Shown here in pieces: positions 26,465 to 32,546 of a DNA stretch of 32,546 nucleotides. The position numbers and the translations under genes are program-made. A model generated the notes under the pieces. It was given only the letters and a program-made list of their open reading frames with translations. It ran no database searches and was not told where the DNA came from. Within the stretch, counting starts at the first letter, position 1. Each line of letters begins with the position of its first letter. The DNA is taken from positions 1 to 32,546 of the forward strand of contig JANMSC010000237.1 of NCBI GenBank assembly GCA_031388885.1. The letters run 5' to 3'. This DNA comes from Gemmatimonadales bacterium. GTDB lineage: Bacteria > Gemmatimonadota > Gemmatimonadetes > Gemmatimonadales > GWC2-71-9.

Positions 26465-27199
26465 ATGACCGAACCGTGGGCCGGAGCCGTTCTGATCGGC
26501 TTGGCCGCGCTGCTCTATAGCTCGGTTGGTCACGGCGGGGCGTCGGCCTACCTCGCCGTGATGGCGATTATCGGCACGGCTGTCGTGGCCATGCGGCCTG
26601 CCGCGCTCGTCCTCAACATCGTGGTGGCAACGATCGGTACTGTCCAGTTCGCCCGAGCGGGATACTTCCGGTGGCGCCTGTTCGCGCCATTCGCTGCGGC
26701 GTCGATACCGGCTGCCTATCTGGGCGGGCGACTCACCTTGCCGGGCGAAGCATACCGCGTCCTGGTAGGGGTGATCTTGGTTGTGTCGGCGCTTCGGTTC
26801 GTGGTGACCCTGCGGGCCGCCGACGAATCCGGGTGCCAGCCGCCCCTCCCGGTCTGCCTGCTGGTGGGGGGGCTCCTCGGGTTTCTCGCTGGACTCAGCG
26901 GCGTCGGCGGTGGAATCTTTCTGTCGCCGTTGCTTCTCTTTGCTGGCTGGGCAGACCTCAGGACGACCGCCGCCACGTCGGCGGCGTTCATCCTGGTCAA
27001 CTCGATCGCCGGACTACTTGGCCAGTGGCAGTCGCTCGATGCCCTGCCCCATGAGATTGTCTGGTGGGCCCCGGCGGTTGTTGCCGGCGGCATGATTGGT
27101 GCGCGCCTCGGCAGTCGGCGGCTCGCGGTGCCAGCATTGCGCGCCGTGCTGGCGGCAGTCCTGGTCGTCGCCGGATTGAAGTTGAGTCTCGCGGGATGA
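26465..27199 (+). CDS. Sulfite exporter TauE/SafE (TSUP) family
   Basis: SSVGHGGAS.Y, G.SGVGGGIFLSP and FILVNS..G. Confidence 0.9.
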   Translation: MTEPWAGAVLIGLAALLYSSVGHGGASAYLAVMAIIGTAVVAMRPAALVLNIVVATIGTVQFARAGYFRWRLFAPFAAASIPAAYLGGRLTLPGEAYRVLVGVILVVSALRFVVTLRAADESGCQPPLPVCLLVGGLLGFLAGLSGVGGGIFLSPLLLFAGWADLRTTAATSAAFILVNSIAGLLGQWQSLDALPHEIVWWAPAVVAGGMIGARLGSRRLAVPALRAVLAAVLVVAGLKLSLAG

Positions 27200-27251
27200 A
27201 TGCCAGATTGTTGTTCGTTGGCCGCACCCCTGAACGCGGAATGGTGTCGCG

Positions 27252-27659
27252 ATGAGTTCCACTCCCGGTTACAGCGGGAAGTCCCTCACTGCCAAGCTCG
27301 GCATTGAGCCGGGCATGCGGGTGGCGCTGCGCAATGCGCCGCGTGACTTGACGTCGTGGCTCGCGCCGTTGCCGGAGGGCGCGCAACTGCTGGGTGTGCG
27401 GGCCACGGACGTGGCCGGCGTGATACTCTTCGTCACGCGTCGCGTGGCGTTCGAGCGTGACCTTCCCAAGGCGCTGGCTCAGGTGGCCGATGGTGGCATG
27501 CTCTGGATCTGCTGGCCGAAGAAGGCCAGTGGGGTCGACACTGATGTGACTGAGCAAGTGCTGCGCGATGTGGCGTCGCCGACTGGATGGGTGGACGTAA
27601 AAGTGTGCGCGGTGAGCGACGAGTGGTCGGGGCTCAAGTTCGTAAAGCGGAAGACGTGA
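27252..27659 (+). CDS. DUF3052-family protein
   Basis: GYSG..L..KLGI, W..WPKKASG and G.VDVKVCAV...WSGLKFV.R. Confidence 0.85.
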   Translation: MSSTPGYSGKSLTAKLGIEPGMRVALRNAPRDLTSWLAPLPEGAQLLGVRATDVAGVILFVTRRVAFERDLPKALAQVADGGMLWICWPKKASGVDTDVTEQVLRDVASPTGWVDVKVCAVSDEWSGLKFVKRKT

Positions 27660-27663
27660 GCGC

Positions 27664-28716
27664 TCAGTCCTCCCGACCCGCTTCGACCTCCAGCAATCGC
27701 ACTTTGCGCCACAGCCCGCCGCCGTATCCGCCGAGCTTGCCATTCGCGTTTACGACGCGATGGCACGGAATGACAATCGCGAGTCGATTGCGGCCATTGG
27801 CGCTGCCAACGGCGCGCACAGCGAGAGGCGACCCCACCGCGCGCGCCACGTCGGCGTAGGAACAGGTCGTCCCGTACGGAATGGCCTGGAGCGCCTGCCA
27901 TACCCGCATTTCGAACGGTGAACCACGAACCACCAGCGGGACCGTGAACGTCTCGCGCGTGCCAGTGAAGTATTCCGCGAGTTCGCGAAAGAGCGTGTCG
28001 AGGTGGGCGTGGTCGCCAGCGATGACCGGACCCTGAAACCAGCGGCGTAGCTTGGGCGCCTGTCGTTCGAGTCGAGCGTGATCTCCAAATTCGAGAAGGC
28101 AGACGCCGGCATCGACGACCGCTGCGACCAGTGTTCCCACAGGCGATTCCCAGGTGGCGGCGATCACGGGCTCTCCAGTGCGAGCGCGGCCCGGCGGCGT
28201 GCCTACGAGTTGTGCGAATGCATCGCGAAAACCGCTGTGTGATTCGTACCCCGACTCGATGATGACGCGGTCGAGCGACTCGCCGGTCCCGAGCCGACGC
28301 TGCGCCTGAGCGACCCGTCGAGCCCTTGCCCACGCGTGAAACGTCGTTCCGTGTGCACGGAGCGCGTGTCGCCGCACGCGGACTGGATCAAACCCGTGGC
28401 GCAGCAGGTCGGCATCGGTCAGGCGGCCGGGCGCTGCATCGGCGAGCGCGACCACACCCGGCCACCACGCTGGCACCGGACCCGCCGTCTCGGGGCGACA
28501 GCGACGGCAGGCGCGAAAGCCTGCAGTCAGGGCCTCTGGGAGTGAGGCGAAGAACTCGAGGTTTTCTGGACGGGCCGTGCGCGATGGGCAGATTGGGCGG
28601 CACGCGATGCCGGTCGTGCGGACTGCGAAGACGAACAGGCCGTCCCACGTGCCGTCGCGTTCAGCGACAGCACGCAGGAGGGTACGGCGCGATGGAAGTC
28701 GGGCGGTGTCTTTCAT
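27664..28716 (-). CDS. ada: Bifunctional Ada (Zn-binding/AraC activator plus O6-methylguanine-DNA methyltransferase)
   Basis: RD...DG.F..AV.TTGI.CRP.C, GFRACRRC, AraC-like SGY.S.S.F..AF and IPCHRV. Confidence 0.95.
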   Translation of the reverse strand: MKDTARLPSRRTLLRAVAERDGTWDGLFVFAVRTTGIACRPICPSRTARPENLEFFASLPEALTAGFRACRRCRPETAGPVPAWWPGVVALADAAPGRLTDADLLRHGFDPVRVRRHALRAHGTTFHAWARARRVAQAQRRLGTGESLDRVIIESGYESHSGFRDAFAQLVGTPPGRARTGEPVIAATWESPVGTLVAAVVDAGVCLLEFGDHARLERQAPKLRRWFQGPVIAGDHAHLDTLFRELAEYFTGTRETFTVPLVVRGSPFEMRVWQALQAIPYGTTCSYADVARAVGSPLAVRAVGSANGRNRLAIVIPCHRVVNANGKLGGYGGGLWRKVRLLEVEAGRED

Positions 28717-28833
28717 GTGAGCCAGTCTATCGGCACCGGGCGAGCGTCGCCACCGCCGATTGGACGCCGAATTCGGGAGTCCACCTGAACGGAAACCCTT
28801 GCCGGAGCGCGACGGGATGGGGATGATTGGGTC

Positions 28834-29289
28834 ATGCCGCTCCCCGAGATGACGATTCCGCTCCCCGAGATGGCGCTGCGTCTGGGGATGGCGACCCTGC
28901 TGGGCGGCGCATTGGGGCTCAACCGCGAACTTCGAAGGAAGCCGGCCGGCCTCCGGACGCTGGCCCTCGTTGGTCTCACGAGTGCGGTGATCTCCACCGG
29001 CGTCGCGACGCTGCCGGGCGCGGGGGCCGATGACGCCGCGCGCGTGGCGCAGGGGATTCTCGCAGGGATCGGTTTTCTCGGCGGCGGCGTGATCCTGCAG
29101 CGGCGCGATGTGGAAGGGGTCACCGGGCTCACGACGGCGGCGTCAATCTGGGTGGTTGCGGCGCTCGGATTCATCTCAGGCTTGGGCGAGTGGCAACTTG
29201 CCGCCGTGGCCACAGCCATGGCGCTGGTCGTACTTGTCGCGGGCGACTACGTCGAACGCAAGTACCTCGATTCGTCCGGCGACGACTGA
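28834..29289 (+). CDS. MgtC/SapB-family membrane protein (short form)
   Basis: G.NRE...KPAGLRT, R.AQGI..GIGFLGGG and GLTTAASIW. Confidence 0.92.
   Translation: MPLPEMTIPLPEMALRLGMATLLGGALGLNRELRRKPAGLRTLALVGLTSAVISTGVATLPGAGADDAARVAQGILAGIGFLGGGVILQRRDVEGVTGLTTAASIWVVAALGFISGLGEWQLAAVATAMALVVLVAGDYVERKYLDSSGDD
28837..28872 (+). repeat. 15-bp direct repeat with 21-bp period at the start of the MgtC-family gene
   Basis: CCGCTCCCCGAGATG at 28837 and 28858. Confidence 0.9.
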
Positions 29290-29356
29290 GGGTCTCCAGC
29301 GACAACGGAGCGGCGCACCGATCGTACGCCGCTCCGTCGGGTGTCATGGGGCCGCG

Positions 29357-29827
29357 TCAGGGTTTGATCGAGAACGCCTTGATGCCCTGGCTCGTGCCGT
29401 CAAGGAAGACTTCGACGCGATAGGCGCCGACCGGCCACGCCGCGGCCTTGCTGAGATGGAACTCCGTCACGGCGGCTGCGGCCGCAGCACCGTTTGCAAC
29501 CGCTTGCGCGGTCGAATCTACCCGCTGACCGGTGGCGGTGCTCCAGCGCGCGGACACTTCGGCGCCAGCCGCAGTATTCTCGGTCTGGACCGACAAGTAG
29601 ATCGTATCGCGGGTACCGAACATCGCTGTCACACCGCCCATAATGCGACGGGTCGAATCCACCGCGCGGCCAAGATCCATGCTCACCATGCGTGGCACTG
29701 CGGGCGGCGCTGGTGCCGCAACGACAGTAGTTTCTTCTGGTGCTGGGTCGGCGTCCTTTTTTGAACAGGCAGTCAGGGTCGCTATCCCCACGAGCACGAG
29801 GGCGAACGAACGAGGGCGCAGGAACAT
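29357..29827 (-). CDS. Lipoprotein with an Ig-like beta domain
   Basis: Lipobox LTAC, Pro/Ala linker and WPVGAYRVEVFLDG; GGAG RBS. Confidence 0.8.
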   Translation of the reverse strand: MFLRPRSFALVLVGIATLTACSKKDADPAPEETTVVAAPAPPAVPRMVSMDLGRAVDSTRRIMGGVTAMFGTRDTIYLSVQTENTAAGAEVSARWSTATGQRVDSTAQAVANGAAAAAAVTEFHLSKAAAWPVGAYRVEVFLDGTSQGIKAFSIKP

Positions 29828-29980
29828 TGGAGTCTCCGTCGGGGAATCGTGGATACCTGACCCGGCACTTCCAGGTGGGGAAGGCGGGACCGGCTGCGTT
29901 CAAGACCAGAGACGAATGTAACGCGGCCACATCCACCAGCTGGGCGGTCTTCGCTGGTGGCGACTTCGAAGGGGCGGTGC

Positions 29981-30670
29981 ATGGGTATTCGGTTGGTGGT
30001 GTTCGATGTTGCAGGGACGACGGTGGAGGACGGCGGTGCTGTGCGTACGGCGCTCCATGAGGCCGTCCGGGCGGCGGGCCCGACGCTGCGGCCCGGCGCG
30101 ATCACCGGCGTGGCAGGCCTCGCCAAACCGCTGGCGATCAGGACATTGCTCGAAGGTCACGGGCGCGAGGAACTGCTGCCACGAGCGCCCGCGATTCACG
30201 ACGATTTTGTGCGACGAATGCTGCATCACTTCCGTCACGACCCGAGCGTCCGACCGGTCACGGGCATCGAGAACGCCTTCCGTGCGCTTCGCGCGGCCGG
30301 TGTGAAGGTCGCGCTCAACACCGGGTTCTCGCGCGACGTGCTTGACGTGTTGCTCGAGCGATTGCACTGGACTGGTGACGCGGGGTTGGTGGACATGACG
30401 ATCGCGAGTGACGAGGTGTCGCGCGGTCGCCCATGGCCCGACATGATCGATGCGATCCGCGAGCGCCTCGACGGGATCGCGAGCGGCGAGGTGGCAAAGG
30501 TCGGCGACACTCCAGTGGATCTGCAAGAAGGCACGGTCGCGCGGTGCGGGCTGGTGATCGGGGTGTGCAACGGCTCGCACTCCCGCGAAGAGCTGGCACA
30601 GCATCCGCACGACGCGATCCTCGATAGCGCTGCGGACGTGCCGGCACTGGTGCTCGCTTCAGTCACCTGA
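29981..30670 (+). CDS. Phosphonatase-like HAD hydrolase (PhnX-like)
   Basis: FDVAGTTV.D, LNTGF, GRPWPDMI and KVGDT.VD..EG..A. Confidence 0.85.
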   Translation: MGIRLVVFDVAGTTVEDGGAVRTALHEAVRAAGPTLRPGAITGVAGLAKPLAIRTLLEGHGREELLPRAPAIHDDFVRRMLHHFRHDPSVRPVTGIENAFRALRAAGVKVALNTGFSRDVLDVLLERLHWTGDAGLVDMTIASDEVSRGRPWPDMIDAIRERLDGIASGEVAKVGDTPVDLQEGTVARCGLVIGVCNGSHSREELAQHPHDAILDSAADVPALVLASVT

Positions 30671-30678
30671 CTGCGGTG

Positions 30679-30846
30679 CTACGGCGACGGCTTCGCCGGG
30701 CCCGGGCGCCCCGCATCGCGCAGGGCTCGCCGCAGGAGAAACTCGATTTGCGCGTTGAGTGAGCGCAAGTCGTCGGCCGCCCAATGCTGGAGCGCGGCGT
30801 GAAGCGCCGGGTCGAGGCGGACCAGAAACGGCTTGCGTTCGCTCAT
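30679..30846 (-). CDS. Small Arc/ribbon-helix-helix DNA-binding protein (55 aa, not in the ORF track)
   Basis: [47 protein letters not shown]...; starts 7 nt after the SPFH stop. Confidence 0.85.
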   Translation of the reverse strand: MSERKPFLVRLDPALHAALQHWAADDLRSLNAQIEFLLRRALRDAGRPGPAKPSP

Positions 30847-30853
30847 CGCAGTG

Positions 30854-31720
30854 TCAGTACAGCGAGCCGGTGTTCACGACCGGCTGCATCGGCTGCTCCG
30901 CGCAAAGCGTGACCAGCAGGTTCGACACCATCGCGGCCTTGCGCTCCTCATCGAGCACGACGATGCCGCGTTCGGCGATCTTTTTCAGGGCCATGTCCAC
31001 CATCGACACCGCGCCCTCAACGATCTGCACTCGCGCGGCGATGATGGCGCTGGCCTGCTGGCGCCGAAGCATCGCGTTGGCGATTTCCGGCGCGTAGGCG
31101 AGGTGGGCGAGCCGGGTCTCGATCACCTTCATGCCGGCCTTCGCCAGCCGCGCTTGCACTTCAGCGGCGAGCTGTTCGGAGATTTCCGTGGCGTTGTGGC
31201 TCAGCGACATCTGACCCTCGACGTGAGCGTCGTACGGATACGCTGTCGCCAATGTCCGTACCGCTGATTCGCTCTGCACCCGCACGTAGTCTTCGAAGTT
31301 CTCGACCTCGAACATTGCCTCGGCGGAGTCGATCACCTGCCACACCACGATTGCGCCGATCTCGATCGGGTTGGAATGCTGATCGTTCACCTTGAGCTTT
31401 GCCGTCTCGAAATTCCGGATCCGGAGCGAAATGGTGCGCTTGATCATGAACGGGTTGGTCCACCAGAGCCCCGGCGCCTTGACGGAGCCACTGTAGCGAC
31501 CGAAGAGGGTCAACACCCTGGCCTGGTTGGGCTGCACGACGAACAGGCCGAACCAGCAGACCAACGTCACCAGAAAGAGCACCACCCCCGCGGCACCGCG
31601 GAGGTCGTTTCCCTGGGATGCCGCGCTGATGAACAGCGCGGCTGCGGCGCCACTGCCGGCGAGGAGGAGCGGAACCGCCAGAAGACCGGGAATCGCCTTG
31701 CGTTCGAACTCGCGGATCAT
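30854..31720 (-). CDS. SPFH/Band-7 domain membrane protein
   Basis: Two TM segments, [17 protein letters not shown]...NPIEI, QSESAVR..A..YPYD and [16 protein letters not shown]. Confidence 0.93.
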   Translation of the reverse strand: MIREFERKAIPGLLAVPLLLAGSGAAAALFISAASQGNDLRGAAGVVLFLVTLVCWFGLFVVQPNQARVLTLFGRYSGSVKAPGLWWTNPFMIKRTISLRIRNFETAKLKVNDQHSNPIEIGAIVVWQVIDSAEAMFEVENFEDYVRVQSESAVRTLATAYPYDAHVEGQMSLSHNATEISEQLAAEVQARLAKAGMKVIETRLAHLAYAPEIANAMLRRQQASAIIAARVQIVEGAVSMVDMALKKIAERGIVVLDEERKAAMVSNLLVTLCAEQPMQPVVNTGSLY

Positions 31721-31745
31721 ATGCCTGCCTGGGTGGATGAAGACA

Positions 31746-31765
31746 TCAATATGATATCACATTGA
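31746..31765. promoter_or_regulatory. Near-perfect 20-bp palindrome, candidate operator over divergent -10 boxes
   Basis: TCAATATGATATCACATTGA, with 9 of 10 arm positions pairing and a TGATATCA core. Confidence 0.7.
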
Positions 31766-32546
31766 AATCCACCTCCGCAAGTGCCTCGCCGGCGGAGACC
31801 AGTCGGCGCCTTGGCTTTCTCCTGGTCGGCTACCTCGCCGTGGTCATCGGGATGATCACACTGGCACCGTTCCGGTTCGCGGTGCCGGACACGTTCCGGG
31901 TCATGTGGGTGGTGGTTGATGGCGGGTGGGCCGCGGACGTGGTGCTCAATGTCGTGCTGTTCGTTCCGCTCGGGCTTGCCTGGCATCGGACGACCGGCCG
32001 GTCGATCGTCGTTGTCGTGGCGTTGGCGTCGCTGCTGAGCACCGTGATAGAGTCGGCACAGCTCTTCCTCGCACCGCGATACAGCGCGATCAGTGACATC
32101 GTCGCGAACGCGACGGGCGCCGCCCTTGGCGCTTGCGTCTCGGTGCTGGTGAGTCGCCACCTCGGTGCTGGCCGTGATGCTGCGGGTCGGCTCCTCCTCG
32201 ACCGGCCACTCGTTGGGCTGGTGTACGTGCTGCTGCCGTTGCTCTGGCTCGACGGACTGTCTGCGGAGGGTGACCCCGCGCGCCTGTGGATGCTGGCACC
32301 CCTCGCCACCGCAGGCGGTCTCGCCATCGCTGCGGTCGCGCGAGGCATTGCCGCGGAGCACGATCGACCTGTGTTGCCCCTGCTCTGGGCCGCCGCGGGA
32401 TGGTACGCCATCGGATCGGTGCCAGCGCTGCGAATCGCTCCGCGCGCGACACTCGGCGGACTCGCCGTGACGCTTGTTGCGGCCATGGTTGGTCGCGTGC
32501 TTTGGCATCACGCTGTCCGCCGCGACCGCCGTCTTGAGCCGCAGGT
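31762..32546 (+). CDS. VanZ-family membrane protein, 3'-partial (not in the ORF track)
   Basis: Frame 1 from TTG 31762: ITLAPF ... DVVLNVVLFVPLG ... IESAQLFLAPRYSAISDIVANATGAALG; open to the end of the window. Confidence 0.85.
   Translation, partial: MKSTSASASPAETSRRLGFLLVGYLAVVIGMITLAPFRFAVPDTFRVMWVVVDGGWAADVVLNVVLFVPLGLAWHRTTGRSIVVVVALASLLSTVIESAQLFLAPRYSAISDIVANATGAALGACVSVLVSRHLGAGRDAAGRLLLDRPLVGLVYVLLPLLWLDGLSAEGDPARLWMLAPLATAGGLAIAAVARGIAAEHDRPVLPLLWAAAGWYAIGSVPALRIAPRATLGGLAVTLVAAMVGRVLWHHAVRRDRRLEPQ

Noticed and set aside
28717-28833. E. coli-type Ada box upstream of ada
   Set aside because: No AAAGCGCA-like element was found.

Overview
GC-rich, gene-dense core-chromosome window of about 43 CDS plus 2 tRNAs, with no integrase, transposase, CRISPR or phage genes. 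The style of the genes suggests Gemmatimonadota, but this is inference and untested. In order: a partial TPR protein, a SnoaL-like protein and a secreted DUF4384/low-complexity protein behind an apparently complete sigma-54 promoter; a CX5R phosphatase/sulfurtransferase divergent from a nadE-thioesterase-patatin-DUF2203-membrane protein operon; a short MutY; mlaEFD, folE, rnz and tRNA-Ala(CGC); two tandem pseudo-HD-GYP/HD-GYP phosphodiesterase paralogs; tRNA-Gln(CTG), a frameshifted YVTN beta-propeller pseudogene, a CPXCG protein and a cold-shock gene; a TfoX/dioxygenase/FMN reductase operon; ctpA, msrA, lepB, yggT, ypfJ, a TauE-family exporter, DUF3052, ada, mgtC, a lipoprotein and a phosphonatase-like HAD; and an SPFH gene with a small ribbon-helix-helix gene (absent from the ORF track) divergent from a VanZ gene across a 20-bp palindrome. 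The best leads are the HD-GYP pair, the sigma-54-driven DUF4384 protein, the SPFH/RHH/VanZ operator module and a recurring leaderless-promoter signature on nadE, mutY and ada. All family calls come from motif recognition, not database searches.
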